NCBI GenBank assembly: GCA_963740355.1 | Contig: CAVUDW010000004.1 | Coordinates: 35,680 to 99,679, forward strand | DNA length: 64,000 nt | Reading direction: 5' to 3' | Origin: an uncultured Gemmatimonadaceae bacterium | GTDB taxonomy: Bacteria > Gemmatimonadota > Gemmatimonadetes > Gemmatimonadales > Gemmatimonadaceae | In this document: in pieces, positions 47,704 through 58,561 of the stretch | How the letters are laid out: every line of letters begins with the position of its first letter | Numbering within the stretch: the stretch's first letter is position 1 | The notes under the pieces: generated by a model | The model's database searches: none | What the model was told of the DNA's origin: nothing | What the model saw: only the letters and a program-made list of their open reading frames with translations | Made by a program: the position numbers and the translations under genes

Positions 47704-48171
47704 ATGCATCCGTCGCAAAAGACGTATAGCCCGAAGCCAGCTGATCTGCATCATGCCTGGTGGGTGGTGGACGCCGAAGGCATGGTCCTCGGTCGTCTCG
47801 CCGCAGAAGTCGCGAAGGTCATTCGCGGCAAGCACAAGCCGATGTTCACGCCGCACGCTGACACGGGCGATTTCGTCGTCGTGATCAACGCCAGCAAGGT
47901 GCGCGTCACTGGTCGCAAGGCCGAGCAGAAGACGTACTTCCGTCACACCGGCTACATGGGTCACGAGAAGTACACCGCCTTTGCCGACATGATCGAGAAG
48001 CACCCGGAGCGCGTGATCGAGAAGGCGGTCTATGGCATGCTGCCGAAGACCGACCTCGCCCGCCGCCACCTTCGTCGCAAGCTGCGCGTATTTGCCGGCC
48101 CGACGCATGATCACGTGGCGCAGAAGCCGCAGGAACTCACGTTGACCGCAGCGAAGGGAGCGACCAAGTAA
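47704..48171 (+). CDS. rplM: 50S ribosomal protein L13
   Basis: WWVVDA..LGRLA..RGKHKP.FTPH.DTGD. Confidence 0.97.
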   Translation: MHPSQKTYSPKPADLHHAWWVVDAEGMVLGRLAAEVAKVIRGKHKPMFTPHADTGDFVVVINASKVRVTGRKAEQKTYFRHTGYMGHEKYTAFADMIEKHPERVIEKAVYGMLPKTDLARRHLRRKLRVFAGPTHDHVAQKPQELTLTAAKGATK

Positions 48172-48566
48172 TGGCGACCGAACAGCTTCACGCCGTCGGC
48201 CGCCGCAAGGAAGCGGTGTGCCGCGTCTACATCACGCCGGGCACGGGCAAGTGGGAAATCAATGGTGGCCGCACGTTGGGCGACTATTTCCCGCGTCCGT
48301 CGCTGGTGACGTCGATCCAGCAGCCGTTTACGGTCACCGACACGATCGGTGGCTATGACGTGAAGGCGAACCTCACCGGTGGCGGCCAGGCTGGCCAGGC
48401 CGGTGCGTTGCGCCTCGCGATTGCCCGCGTGCTCGTGCAGATCAACGCCGACCACAAGAAGAAGCTTCGTGAGTTCGGTCTCCTGACGCGTGATGCGCGG
48501 TCGGTCGAGCGCAAGAAGCCGGGCCAGCCGGGCGCCCGCAAGAAGTTCCAGTTCAGCAAGCGCTAG
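48171..48566 (+). CDS. rpsI: 30S ribosomal protein S9
   Basis: GRRKEA, GGG..GQAGA, LTRDARSVERKK, QFSKR. Confidence 0.97.
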   Translation: MATEQLHAVGRRKEAVCRVYITPGTGKWEINGGRTLGDYFPRPSLVTSIQQPFTVTDTIGGYDVKANLTGGGQAGQAGALRLAIARVLVQINADHKKKLREFGLLTRDARSVERKKPGQPGARKKFQFSKR

Positions 48567-48574
48567 TCGTTGTC

Positions 48575-48712
48575 GTGGTGGTGCGGTGCCTTGCGCCGCA
48601 CCACCACACTGCTCGTATCTCTCACGCCTCCTGAGCACTCGCTGGTGCCGGCCAAGCCGGTTGCGATGTGTGTTGACGGGGGCGGCGGATCCAACCTTCA
48701 GATTGACCTGAC
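48575..48712 (+). promoter_or_regulatory. Hairpin after rpsI and probable structured rpsB leader
   Basis: GTGGTGGTGCGG/CCGCACCACCAC perfect stem; CGCC...GGCG-closed structure before rpsB. Confidence 0.45.
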
Positions 48713-49660
48713 ATGGCACAGCCCACGATCGAACAGCTCCTGGAGGCCGGTGTACACTTCGGCCACCAGACCCGCCGCTGGAACCCGAAGATGCGCAAGT
48801 TCATCTTCGCGGAACGCAACGGCATCCACATCATCGACCTGCAGAAGACGCTCAAGCAGCTCGAGCTCGCCCAGAAGCTGGCACGCGAAGTCGTGCTCCG
48901 CGGTGAGCAGGTGCTCTTCGTCTGCACCAAGCAGCAGCTCCAGGCCATCGTCGCCCAGGAAGCTGAGCGCTGCGGCTCGATGTTCATCACCGAGCGCTGG
49001 CTCGGCGGCCTCCTGACCAACTTCGGGACGGTCAAGAAGCAGCTCAAGAAGCTCAAGGAGCTCGAGGCCGGCAGCGAGGAAGGCGGCGGTTTCTCGAACT
49101 ACACCAAGAAGGAACAGCTGATGATGCGTCGTCAGCGCGACAAGTTGTCGAAGAACCTGTCGGGCATCTCCAGCATGACGCGCCTGCCGGGCCTGATGTT
49201 CGTCGTCGACGCGAAGAAGGAAAACATCGCCGTCAGCGAAGCGAACAAGCTTGGCATTCCGATCATTGCCATCGCCGACACGAATGCCGATCCGGACCTG
49301 CTCACCGTGCCGGTGGCTGGTAACGACGACGCCATTCGCTCCGTCGAGTTGATCGCCCGCGCCATCGCGGACGTGATCTCGGAAGCCCGTCGCGAAGCCC
49401 CGACCCGTACGGTCGAGGAAGAGTCCGAGGAAAGCACCTACAGCTCGGATCGCGGCATGGAGTCAGCCGGTCGTGGTGATGACCGTGGTCGTCGTGGCGG
49501 TGGGCAGGGTGGCGGCCAGGGCGCCGGTCAGGGTGCTGGCGGAGCAGGCGCGCAGGGTGGACAGCGCCGCCGTCGCCGCGCCAAGCCGGAAGCGATTCAG
49601 GCCCGCCTGCGCGGTCCCGACGCTGCCGCTGCGGTCGAGTCGACCGACGACGCGTCGTAA
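48713..49660 (+). CDS. rpsB: 30S ribosomal protein S2 (Gly/Gln-rich C-terminal tail)
   Basis: LLEAGVHFGHQTRRWNPKM, RWLGGLLTN, NDDAIRS. Confidence 0.97.
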   Translation: MAQPTIEQLLEAGVHFGHQTRRWNPKMRKFIFAERNGIHIIDLQKTLKQLELAQKLAREVVLRGEQVLFVCTKQQLQAIVAQEAERCGSMFITERWLGGLLTNFGTVKKQLKKLKELEAGSEEGGGFSNYTKKEQLMMRRQRDKLSKNLSGISSMTRLPGLMFVVDAKKENIAVSEANKLGIPIIAIADTNADPDLLTVPVAGNDDAIRSVELIARAIADVISEARREAPTRTVEEESEESTYSSDRGMESAGRGDDRGRRGGGQGGGQGAGQGAGGAGAQGGQRRRRRAKPEAIQARLRGPDAAAAVESTDDAS

Positions 49661-49780
49661 CCAGCTCGCACCGCGAGGAGCGCGGCTACCCGCGCTCCTG
49701 CGTTCGGAGTAAGCTTCCCAACGCCGTCGGCCTCCAGCCGGCGGCGTTTCCACAATCCCGATTGATCCGGTCTCTCGACC

Positions 49781-50668
49781 ATGACGACGATGAATTTTAC
49801 GGCCAAGGACGTCCAGGAACTGCGGCAGCGCACTGGCGCCGGCATGATGGACTGCAAGAAGGCGCTCACCGAGATGAACGGCGACATCAACGCCGCCGTC
49901 GAATACCTCCGCAAGAAGGGCATCGCGAAGGCGGAATCGCGCTCAGGACGCACCACCAGCGAAGGTATGATCGGCAGCGCGGTCTCGGCTGACGCGGCTG
50001 TTGGTGTGCTGGCTGAAGTGAACTGCGAAACGGACTTCGTCGCGCGCACCGACGACTTCAAGGCGCTCGTCGATGTCGTCCTGCAGCACGCGCTCCACAC
50101 GGACGCCACGGATGCGGAAGCCCTCCTCGCGGCGCCGGTTGGCAGCGAAGGCGGCAAGACGCTGGATGAAGTCGTGAAGGAACGCTCCGCCAAGCTCGGC
50201 GAAGTGGTGAACGTCCGACGCATCGCGCGCTTTGCCATCGGCAACGGCGCGGTCGGCATGTACACGCATCACAACGCCAAGGTTGGCGTGCTCGTCGAGG
50301 CGTCGCTTGGAAACGCGGAGGTCGCAACCAGCGAGCCGGTGCAGACCATGCTCAAGGCGATCGCCGAACACGCAGCGGCGATGAACCCGCTGGCACTCGA
50401 TCGCAGCGGTATCGCGCCGGAGTTGGTCGAGAAGGAAAAGCGTATCGCCGAAGACCAGGCACGGCAGAGCGGCAAGCCGGAAGCGATGATCGAGAAGATC
50501 GCGACGGGCAAGCTCGAGGCGTTCTTCAAGGACATGTCCCTCATTTCGCAGCCGTGGGTACGTGAGCCGAAGAAGACGATCACGGACCTGGTCCGCGAAA
50601 CGGGCAAGGCGGCCGGCACGGAGATCACCGTGACGCGCTTCGTCCGCTTTGCGCTCGGCGACGCGTGA
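49781..50668 (+). CDS. tsf: Elongation factor Ts
   Basis: [27 protein letters not shown]. Confidence 0.97.
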   Translation: MTTMNFTAKDVQELRQRTGAGMMDCKKALTEMNGDINAAVEYLRKKGIAKAESRSGRTTSEGMIGSAVSADAAVGVLAEVNCETDFVARTDDFKALVDVVLQHALHTDATDAEALLAAPVGSEGGKTLDEVVKERSAKLGEVVNVRRIARFAIGNGAVGMYTHHNAKVGVLVEASLGNAEVATSEPVQTMLKAIAEHAAAMNPLALDRSGIAPELVEKEKRIAEDQARQSGKPEAMIEKIATGKLEAFFKDMSLISQPWVREPKKTITDLVRETGKAAGTEITVTRFVRFALGDA

Positions 50669-51420
50669 GCGATTCCGCCAACGCAGCACCGGCGGCGGAG
50701 GGCGGCGAGGCCGCCCTCCGCTATCCGCGCGTCCTCATCAAGCTCTCCGGTGAGGCGCTTGCAGGTGACCGGAAGGTCGGCTTCGATTTCGACCGCATTT
50801 CGTTCTTCTGCGAGCAGATCAAGGAAGTCGTCGATCTCGGGGCCCGCGTCGGTCTCGTGATCGGTGGCGGGAACATCGTGCGGGGCGCGCAGCTGGCCCA
50901 GAATGGCATGGATCGAGTCGGCGCCGACTACATGGGCATGCTGGGCACGGTGATCAACGCTCTCGCGCTGCAGGACCAGCTCGAGAAGCGTGGTGTGGAT
51001 ACGCGCGTGATGACGGCGATTCGCATGGAAGAACTGGCCGAGCCATACATTCGTCGACGCGCCATGCGCCACCTCGAGCAGGGCCGCATCGTCCTCTTCG
51101 CGGCCGGCACGGGAAACCCCTATTTCTCCACCGACACGGCGGCTGTGCTGCGCGGCATCCAGATGAAGGCGGATGTCATCATCAAGGCCACCAGTGTGGA
51201 CGGCGTGTACTCGGCCGACCCGAAGAAGGACCCGAATGCCGTCAAGTACGAGACGGTCAGTTTCCGCGACGTCATGCTCGGCGAGCTTGCAGTGATGGAC
51301 CAGACGGCCATCACGCTCTGCAAGGAAAACTCGCTGCCCCTGATCGTCCTCAACACTCACACTCCCGGCGAGATTGCCCGCGCAGTGCGTGGTGAACGCG
51401 TCGGAACCTTCGTCTCATGA
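50665..51420 (+). CDS. pyrH: UMP kinase
   Basis: [31 protein letters not shown]. Confidence 0.96.
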   Translation: MSDSANAAPAAEGGEAALRYPRVLIKLSGEALAGDRKVGFDFDRISFFCEQIKEVVDLGARVGLVIGGGNIVRGAQLAQNGMDRVGADYMGMLGTVINALALQDQLEKRGVDTRVMTAIRMEELAEPYIRRRAMRHLEQGRIVLFAAGTGNPYFSTDTAAVLRGIQMKADVIIKATSVDGVYSADPKKDPNAVKYETVSFRDVMLGELAVMDQTAITLCKENSLPLIVLNTHTPGEIARAVRGERVGTFVS

Positions 51421-51965
51421 TCCCTGACATTCTGAAGGCCACGAAGGCAGGCATGGAGAAGGGCATCGAGAACGCCAAGCGCGAGTTCGCAACCGTGCGG
51501 ACTGGCAAGGCGTCCCCGAACATGCTCGACACGATCCAGGTCGAGGCATACGGCTCGTACGTGCCGCTCAACCAGGTCGCGTCGATCTCGGCGCCCGAGG
51601 CGCGCACGCTGCTCGTCACACCGTTCGACAAGGGACAGGTGAAGGCGATCGAGAAGGCGATCCGCGAGTCGGATCTCGGCCTCGATCCCGCGCACCAGGG
51701 CAACGTGATCCGCGTGCCGCTCCCGTCGATGAACGAACAGCGCCGCAAGGAGCTGGTGAAGATGTTGCACAACCTGGCGGAGGACGGTCGCGTGGCGATC
51801 CGTCACGCACGCACCGATTCCCGCGACAAGCTGAAGAAGTTGAAGAGCGTGTCGGAGGATGAGGTGAAGCAGGCCGAGAAGGAGCTGCAGAAGCTTCACG
51901 ACGACTTCATTGCCAAGATCGAAGCGGCGGTGAAGGCGAAGGAAGCCGAGATCATGGCCGTCTGA
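51417..51965 (+). CDS. frr: Ribosome recycling factor
   Basis: [31 protein letters not shown]. Confidence 0.96.
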   Translation: MIPDILKATKAGMEKGIENAKREFATVRTGKASPNMLDTIQVEAYGSYVPLNQVASISAPEARTLLVTPFDKGQVKAIEKAIRESDLGLDPAHQGNVIRVPLPSMNEQRRKELVKMLHNLAEDGRVAIRHARTDSRDKLKKLKSVSEDEVKQAEKELQKLHDDFIAKIEAAVKAKEAEIMAV

Positions 51966-51973
51966 GCCTCGCT

Positions 51974-52735
51974 GTGGCAACGACTTCCACACTGTCGACG
52001 CCTGACCTGCTCGAACAGGTCAAGCTGGCTGGCGCACCGCCGCGGCATGTTGCCATCATCATGGATGGCAACGGACGCTGGGCGCGCAAGCACTTCATGC
52101 CGCGTCCCCTCGGGCATCGCTCCGGCATGAAGGCAGTGCGTGAAGTCGTCCACGGGGCCATCGAGGCAGGCGTGCAGCACCTGTCGCTGTTCGCCTTTTC
52201 GCAGGAAAACTGGCAGCGACCGACGACTGAGGTGTCGGCGTTGATGTCGCTGCTCGAGGAGTACATCGCGAAGGAAGTCGCCGAGTTGTCGGCGCGCGGG
52301 GTGCGGGTGCGCATCCTTGGCGAACGCGAGCGGCTCACCGAGGGCGCGCGGCAGGCCGTCGAGCTGGTGGAAAGCACCACCGCGCACAACGACACGCTGC
52401 ACCTGAACATCTTCATCTCGTACGGCAGCCGCACGGAGCTGGTGCGGGCGACACAGTCACTCGCTCGCGATGTGGCGCAGGGCATCATTTCGCCCGCGGA
52501 CATCGACGAGGAAGCCATCAGCGGTCGCCTGATGACTGCGGGCATGCCGGACCCGGACCTGCTGATTCGCACCTCGGGCGAGCAGCGCGTCTCGAACTTC
52601 CTCCTCTGGCAGCTCGCCTACACCGAGTTCTACATCTCGGGTGTGCTCTGGCCCGACTTCGGACGCCGTGATCTTTTTACGGCGATCCTCGACTACAAGC
52701 GACGCGAGCGTCGGTACGGAAAGGTTTCCGTCTGA
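51974..52735 (+). CDS. uppS: Undecaprenyl diphosphate synthase
   Basis: HVAIIMDGNGRWA, FSQENWQRP, DPDLLIRTSGEQRVSNFLLWQ. Confidence 0.96.
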   Translation: MATTSTLSTPDLLEQVKLAGAPPRHVAIIMDGNGRWARKHFMPRPLGHRSGMKAVREVVHGAIEAGVQHLSLFAFSQENWQRPTTEVSALMSLLEEYIAKEVAELSARGVRVRILGERERLTEGARQAVELVESTTAHNDTLHLNIFISYGSRTELVRATQSLARDVAQGIISPADIDEEAISGRLMTAGMPDPDLLIRTSGEQRVSNFLLWQLAYTEFYISGVLWPDFGRRDLFTAILDYKRRERRYGKVSV

Positions 52736-52743
52736 CAAGCGGG

Positions 52744-53604
52744 ATGTCGGAGCTCGCCAAGCGCGTCATCGTCGCGCTGATTCTCGCCCCAATCGCCGTT
52801 GCCGCAGCGTGGTTCGGTGACGCGGCGCTCGCCACACTGCTGAGCGTCGTCGCTGGTGTCGCCGCGTGGGAGCTCTGTCGGATGGCCCACAAGACGGGCA
52901 TCGAGACGCTTGACGGACTGACGATCGCGCTGGCCGCCTCGCTGCCACTCCTGTCGCACGGCATTCGGCTCGATGTGCTGCGGCCGAGCCCCGCCTGGTT
53001 CGCGGTGGGTTTGCTGGTCCTGATGACCGTCACGATTTTTGCGCGCCGCCTCGACCAACGCCCACTGGCAGTAGCTGCGGCCAGCCTCTTCATCGTGATG
53101 TACACCGGCGGCATGCTGAGTTTTGCGTACGACCTGCGCTATCACAACTACGCGATCGGACGCGTGGGACAGTGCCTCGTGCTCTTGTTCCCGGTGCTGC
53201 TGACGTGGGCGTCGGACGTGGGTGCGTATTTCGTCGGCCGCTTGATTGGTCGCACGAAGCTGATGCCGAGCGTGAGTCCGGCCAAGACGGTCGAGGGATC
53301 GCTGGGCGGCGTCGCCCTGAGTGTCGTGATGGCGTGGCTGTACGTCCGCTACCTGTTGGTGCCACAGGGGCAGCTCGGATTGTCGCCCGCTGGCATCGTC
53401 GCGTTTGGAGTGTTGATCGCCGCCGCCGCGCAGCTTGGTGACCTGTTCGAATCGCTGCTGAAGCGCGAAGCGGCCGTCAAGGACAGTTCCAACCTGTTGC
53501 CGGGACACGGCGGATTTCTCGATCGCGTTGACAGCCTGCTCTTCGTCTTGCCGGTTGCCGCCCTCCTGCTCAACGTGCTGCTGATTCCCGCGCCACAGTC
53601 ATGA
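52744..53604 (+). CDS. cdsA: Phosphatidate cytidylyltransferase
   Basis: SPAKTVEG, GDLFESLLKR...KDS..LPGHGG.LDR.DS. Confidence 0.95.
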   Translation: MSELAKRVIVALILAPIAVAAAWFGDAALATLLSVVAGVAAWELCRMAHKTGIETLDGLTIALAASLPLLSHGIRLDVLRPSPAWFAVGLLVLMTVTIFARRLDQRPLAVAAASLFIVMYTGGMLSFAYDLRYHNYAIGRVGQCLVLLFPVLLTWASDVGAYFVGRLIGRTKLMPSVSPAKTVEGSLGGVALSVVMAWLYVRYLLVPQGQLGLSPAGIVAFGVLIAAAAQLGDLFESLLKREAAVKDSSNLLPGHGGFLDRVDSLLFVLPVAALLLNVLLIPAPQS

Positions 53605-54728
53605 CGCCGCGCGGTGTGGCCGTTCTCGGATCGACAGGCTCGGTTGGCACGACGGCGTTGCGTGTGCTGGCCCGTCAACGTGCGGGCTTTGCGGTGCGTG
53701 CGCTGACGGCCCACAGCAATGCGCCCCTGCTGCGCGCACAGGTGGCCGAATACGCGCCCTCTTTCGTCGGCATGGTGCAACCGACCGACGATGCCGATCC
53801 GTCCTGGGCCACCGGCGCCGAATGCCTCGTCGCGGCGGCCACGCGCGATGACGTACACACCGTCATCAACGCGGTGGTGGGTGCCGCTGGTATGCGTGCG
53901 ACGCTGGCAGCGCTGGGGGCCGGAAAGCGGGTGGCGCTGGCGAACAAGGAGACACTCGTGATGGCCGGCGGCCTGGTGACCGCTGCCGCCGTACGTGGTG
54001 GCGGCGAACTGGTGCCGGTCGACAGCGAACACTCTGCCATCCTCCAGTGCATCGCGGGGCGACCGATGGCGGAGGTGCGCCGGCTGATCATCACGGCTTC
54101 AGGCGGACCATTCCGCACCTGGGACAGTGCACGGGTGCAGTCGGCTACCGTTACCGACGCGCTCAATCATCCCACCTGGTCGATGGGACGAAAGATCACG
54201 ATCGACAGCGCCACCCTGGCCAACAAGGCGCTCGAAGTGATCGAGGCGCATCACCTGTTCGGCATTCCGTACGACCGGATCGATGTCGTGGTGCATCCAC
54301 AGAGTGTCGTGCATTCGTTCGTCGAGTTCGTGGATGGCAGCGTGCTGGCGCAACTCGGCGTGCCGAGCATGGAATTGCCGGTGCTGTACGCCCTCACACA
54401 TCCGGATCGCATCATCGATTCGGGGGTACCCGCGTTCGACCCCGTCGCGCTGTCGCCCCTGACCTACGAGCCCGTGCGGCACGACGCCTTCCCGGCGCTT
54501 GGTTTGGGAATTGCGGCGGGACGACGCGGCGGCGCAGCGCCGGCCGTCTTCAATGCGGCGAACGAAATGGCGGTGGCGCGCTTTCTGGATGGTGAACTGA
54601 CCTTTGGCGACATTGCGCGGGCGATTGCCAGCGCGTTGGACGCGCTGGGTGATGTGGCTGGAGATACCCTCGAGGCACTGGTGGCGGCCGATGCATCGGC
54701 GCGGGCCCATGTGCGGGAGTTTGCATGA
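53601..54728 (+). CDS. dxr: 1-deoxy-D-xylulose-5-phosphate reductoisomerase
   Basis: LGSTGSVG, LANKE, PVDSEH, HPTWSMG.KIT.DSA, NAANE. Confidence 0.96.
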   Translation: MTPRGVAVLGSTGSVGTTALRVLARQRAGFAVRALTAHSNAPLLRAQVAEYAPSFVGMVQPTDDADPSWATGAECLVAAATRDDVHTVINAVVGAAGMRATLAALGAGKRVALANKETLVMAGGLVTAAAVRGGGELVPVDSEHSAILQCIAGRPMAEVRRLIITASGGPFRTWDSARVQSATVTDALNHPTWSMGRKITIDSATLANKALEVIEAHHLFGIPYDRIDVVVHPQSVVHSFVEFVDGSVLAQLGVPSMELPVLYALTHPDRIIDSGVPAFDPVALSPLTYEPVRHDAFPALGLGIAAGRRGGAAPAVFNAANEMAVARFLDGELTFGDIARAIASALDALGDVAGDTLEALVAADASARAHVREFA

Positions 54729-55912
54729 GAATTTTGCCCCTGCTGGCGCCGCTGCTGGTCTTCGGCCTGGTCGTCTTCGTTCATGAGCTGGGCCACTTCC
54801 TGGCAGCGAAGGCCGTCGGGATCTATGCCCCAGTCTTCTCCCTGGGATGGGGACGCCGCGTCTGGGGGTTCCGCCGCGGGGAAACCGACTATCGCCTGTC
54901 GCTCTTTCCGCTGGGCGGCTACGTCCGGATGGCCTCGCGCGAGGACGAGTCGATGGCCGCCTTCGAGGGCGGCGCCGGTCGTGGGGCGATGGACGAATCA
55001 TCCACGCGCGGTGAACCGGGCGTGCCGTGGGACCCGAACGCGATGGTGCCATTTGGCCCCAAGCCCGTGCCGGTCAACCGCTGGTACGAGTCCAAGCCGC
55101 TGCTGGCCAAGCTGATCGTGATGCTGGCCGGCGTGACCATGAATTTTCTGCTCGCGATCGTGGTGGTGTCGGGCGTCCTGATGGCCACCGGGGCGCCGAA
55201 CCAGGCGGCGGTGATCGGCTCGGTGCTGCCCGCGACACCGGCGGCGGCCGGCGGGCTGCTGGCCGGCGACAGTGTGGTCTCGATTGCCGGCACGAAGATC
55301 TCGACCTGGACCGATCTCGTCTCGGTGGTGACCACGAAGTCGGGCACCGCGATTCCGTTCGAGGTCATCCGTGCGGGCGCGCCGGTCACGCTCACCATCA
55401 CGCCCTCGGCGACCGTGGATACCAATCCGCAGAACGGGGCGGTGCGTTCGATCGGTCGTATCGGCGCCGCCTCCTCGCGCGTGTCCGTGGGGCCTGTCGA
55501 CGCGGTGTCGGAAGGGTTGGCATACACGTGGGACAAGGTGGTCGGCACGATCGACGTGCTGGGTGGGCTGCTCTCCGGGAATGTCTCGGCGCGCCAGCTG
55601 GGGGGGCCGATCATGATCGCACAGGCGTCCTTCCAGACGGCGAAGGCTGGCGGCCTGGCTGGCGTGCTCATGTTGATGGCGTTCATCAGCATCAACATCG
55701 CCGTGCTGAACCTGCTGCCGGTGCCCGTGCTGGACGGCGGGCAGGTAGTGCTGGCGCTGATCGAGGCGGCGCGCGGCAAGCCCCTCGGTGAGCGCGCGAA
55801 GGGGCTGATCATGTACGCTGGCGTGGGGCTCGTCCTCCTGCTGTTGATCACCACGACGTTCAACGATCTGGCGCGAGTCGGGTCGCAGTTGTTGGGGCAT
55901 TTCCGGGGTTGA
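54725..55912 (+). CDS. rseP: RIP metalloprotease RseP
   Basis: HELGH, PDZ region, NLLPVPVLDGG. Confidence 0.94.
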   Translation: MRILPLLAPLLVFGLVVFVHELGHFLAAKAVGIYAPVFSLGWGRRVWGFRRGETDYRLSLFPLGGYVRMASREDESMAAFEGGAGRGAMDESSTRGEPGVPWDPNAMVPFGPKPVPVNRWYESKPLLAKLIVMLAGVTMNFLLAIVVVSGVLMATGAPNQAAVIGSVLPATPAAAGGLLAGDSVVSIAGTKISTWTDLVSVVTTKSGTAIPFEVIRAGAPVTLTITPSATVDTNPQNGAVRSIGRIGAASSRVSVGPVDAVSEGLAYTWDKVVGTIDVLGGLLSGNVSARQLGGPIMIAQASFQTAKAGGLAGVLMLMAFISINIAVLNLLPVPVLDGGQVVLALIEAARGKPLGERAKGLIMYAGVGLVLLLLITTTFNDLARVGSQLLGHFRG

Positions 55913-55946
55913 CCCGGGCCCGGCGGAGGTAGAGTCGCCGCAACGC

Positions 55947-55975
55947 TTTACATCCGCCCGTAGGGTCTGTATTCT
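55947..55975 (+). promoter_or_regulatory. Sigma-70 promoter of rpsO
   Basis: TTTACA-17 bp-TATTCT. Confidence 0.6.
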
Positions 55976-56035
55976 TCAGGGCTTACGATCATTCAGGACA
56001 TTCGGACGCGCGGTCGCCGCGCAGACCCAGGACGC

Positions 56036-56296
56036 ATGGCATTCGAAAAGGCTGCAGCAATCGAGAAGCACCGTCAGCACGAGACCGACACCGGCTCAAC
56101 GCACGTGCAGATCTCGATTCTCACGGAACGGATCAACTACCTCACTGGTCACTTCCGTACGCACAAGAAGGACCATCACGGTCGTCAAGGCTTGCTGAAG
56201 ATGGTTGGGCGACGTCGTCGCCTTCTCGACTATCTGAAGCGGACCGATCTGGCCGGATACCGGAAGATCATCGCAGACCTTGGCCTCCGGTATTAA
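56036..56296 (+). CDS. rpsO: 30S ribosomal protein S15
   Basis: DTGS..VQI..LT.RI, HKKDHH...GLLKMVG. Confidence 0.97.
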   Translation: MAFEKAAAIEKHRQHETDTGSTHVQISILTERINYLTGHFRTHKKDHHGRQGLLKMVGRRRRLLDYLKRTDLAGYRKIIADLGLRY

Positions 56297-56315
56297 TCCG
56301 GGCCTCAATGGCAAT

Positions 56316-56348
56316 CGCGCGGGCGTCATCGGACGTCCCGCGCGTTTT
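56316..56348 (+). terminator. Terminator/processing hairpin between rpsO and pnp
   Basis: CGCGCGGGCGTC-ATCG-GACGTCCCGCGCG followed by TTTT. Confidence 0.7.
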
Positions 56349-56374
56349 GCGTTTCCCGCAGCCGATTCCCACAC

Positions 56375-58561
56375 GTGATGCAAAGAATTGAAAAGACGTT
56401 CGCCGGCCGCAAGCTCGTCATCGAGACGGGCCGCATGGCGAAGCAGGCCGCTGGGTCTGCACTGGTTACCTACGGCGAGACGATGGTCCTTGCCGCCGTC
56501 ACGGTGAGCGAGAACAAGAGCTCACTTCCGTTCTTCCCGCTGACGGTCGAATACAAGGAAAAGACCTACGCCGCCGGCAAGATTCCGGGTGGCTACATCA
56601 AGCGCGAAGGCCGACCGTCAGACAACGAAATCCTGACCTGTCGCATCGTCGATCGCTCGATCCGACCGCTCTTCCCGGAAGGCTTCCAGAACGAAGTGCA
56701 GGTCGTGATCTACGTGATCTCGGCTGACCAGGAGAACAAGCCCGACACGCTCGCGCTGCTCGCCACCAGCTTCGCGCTGGCGTCGTCGCAGGCGCCGTGG
56801 AACAAGCCGATTGCCGGCGTCCGCGTTGGTCGCATCCAGGACAAGTGGGTGCTCAACCCGACGTTCCAGCAGCTCGAGTACAGCGACATCGACATGATGG
56901 TCGCCGGCTCCGCCGATTCGATCATGATGGTCGAAGGTGGTGCACTGGAAGTGAGCGAGGATGATGTCGTCGAGGCGATCACCGTCGCGCACAAGGGCAT
57001 CAAGGAATTGATCGTGATGCAGGAAGAGCTGCTCGCGAAGTCCGACAAGAAGGAACAGATGGCGTGGGCGAAGCACGAGCCCGCCGCTGACCTCGTGAAG
57101 CGCGTCGGCGATCTCGCCTCGGAGAAGATTGCCAAGGCGTTGAACCAGGCCGACAAGGCCACCCGTGTGAAGGCAATCGAAGCAGTGAAGCGCGAAGTCG
57201 CCGCGCAGATCATCGCCGAGTCGCCGGACATGGGCAAGGATGCCGGTAGCATCCTCGATGGCATGGAATACGATGCGTTGCGCGCACAGGTCCTCGACAC
57301 CAAGAAGCGTGTCGATGGTCGTGCGGTGAACGAAGTGCGCCAGATCACGATCGAGACCGGCCTGCTCCCGCGCGTCCACGGCTCCTCGCTGTTCACGCGT
57401 GGCCAGACGCAGGCACTCGTCGCCGTCACGCTCGGCACGGGCAATGATGTGCAGCGTCTCGACTCGATCGACGATCCGCAGGAGCAGACGAAGTCGTTCA
57501 TGCTCCACTACAACTTCCCGCCGTTCAGCACTGGCGAAGCGAAGCCGATGCGTGGCACCAGCCGTCGCGAAATCGGCCACGGTAACCTGGCCGAGCGTGC
57601 GATCCAGGCCGTGTTGCCGCCCTTCGAGGAATTCCCGTACACGGTTCGCATCGTGTCGGAAATTCTCGAGTCGAACGGCTCCAGCTCGATGGCGTCGGTG
57701 TGTGGCAGCTCGCTGTCGCTCTACGATGCCGGCGTGCCGATCAAGGCCGCTGTTGCTGGTGTGGCGATGGGCTTGATCAAGGAAGGCAAGAAGTACGCGA
57801 TCCTGACCGACATCCTCGGCACCGAAGACCATCTCGGCGACATGGATTTCAAGGTGGCCGGCACGGAGCATGGCATCACCTCGATCCAGATGGACATCAA
57901 GATCGACGGGTTGGACCTCAAGATCATGACCGAAGCGCTGGCGCAGGCCAAGGAAGGCCGCCTGCACATCCTCGGCGAGATGGCGAAGGCCCTCAACGGC
58001 CCGAATGCAGAACTCTCGCAGTATGCACCGCGCATCGTGACGCTGACGATCAGCCCCGAGAAGATCGGTGACCTGATTGGTCCGAAGGGCAAGACGATCC
58101 GCGGCATCCAGGACGAGACGGGCGCTGAACTCACGGTTGATGACTCAGGCCTCGTCACCATCGCCGCCGTTGGCGGTGAAGCGATGGAACGCGCGAAGCA
58201 GATGGTGAAGGCCATCACGGCCGAGCCGATCGTTGGCGACACCTACGAAGGCACGGTGAAGTCGATCACCGCCTTCGGTGCATTCGTCGAGATCATGCCG
58301 GGCACCGAGGCCCTGCTGCACGTCTCCGAGATCAAGTGGGAGCGTGTGGACAAGACGGAAGATGTGCTCAAGAAGGGCGAGCGCGTGACGGTCAAGCTCA
58401 TCGATCGTGACGAGCGTGGCCGCCTCCGACTGTCGATGAAGGCGCTGCTGCCGAAGCCGGAAGGCTACGTCGAGCGCGAGCCATCGGCTCCGCGTGAGTC
58501 GTCGGGTGGTGAGGAGCGCGGTGATCGCGGTGGTTCGCGCGGCGCCCCCCGCCGCCGGTAA
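56375..58561 (+). CDS. pnp: Polyribonucleotide nucleotidyltransferase
   Basis: FFPLTVEY, RREIGHG.LA, SNGSSSMAS, GDMDFKVAG; KH and S1 domains. Confidence 0.97.
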   Translation: MMQRIEKTFAGRKLVIETGRMAKQAAGSALVTYGETMVLAAVTVSENKSSLPFFPLTVEYKEKTYAAGKIPGGYIKREGRPSDNEILTCRIVDRSIRPLFPEGFQNEVQVVIYVISADQENKPDTLALLATSFALASSQAPWNKPIAGVRVGRIQDKWVLNPTFQQLEYSDIDMMVAGSADSIMMVEGGALEVSEDDVVEAITVAHKGIKELIVMQEELLAKSDKKEQMAWAKHEPAADLVKRVGDLASEKIAKALNQADKATRVKAIEAVKREVAAQIIAESPDMGKDAGSILDGMEYDALRAQVLDTKKRVDGRAVNEVRQITIETGLLPRVHGSSLFTRGQTQALVAVTLGTGNDVQRLDSIDDPQEQTKSFMLHYNFPPFSTGEAKPMRGTSRREIGHGNLAERAIQAVLPPFEEFPYTVRIVSEILESNGSSSMASVCGSSLSLYDAGVPIKAAVAGVAMGLIKEGKKYAILTDILGTEDHLGDMDFKVAGTEHGITSIQMDIKIDGLDLKIMTEALAQAKEGRLHILGEMAKALNGPNAELSQYAPRIVTLTISPEKIGDLIGPKGKTIRGIQDETGAELTVDDSGLVTIAAVGGEAMERAKQMVKAITAEPIVGDTYEGTVKSITAFGAFVEIMPGTEALLHVSEIKWERVDKTEDVLKKGERVTVKLIDRDERGRLRLSMKALLPKPEGYVEREPSAPRESSGGEERGDRGGSRGAPRRR

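Noticed and set aside
3177..57967. Many long antisense or overlapping ORFs (e.g. 3177-4736, 15540-16985, 31768-32952, 41494-43128, 56618-57967)
   Set aside because: Shadow ORFs expected from high GC and codon bias opposite well-supported genes; no recognisable motifs.
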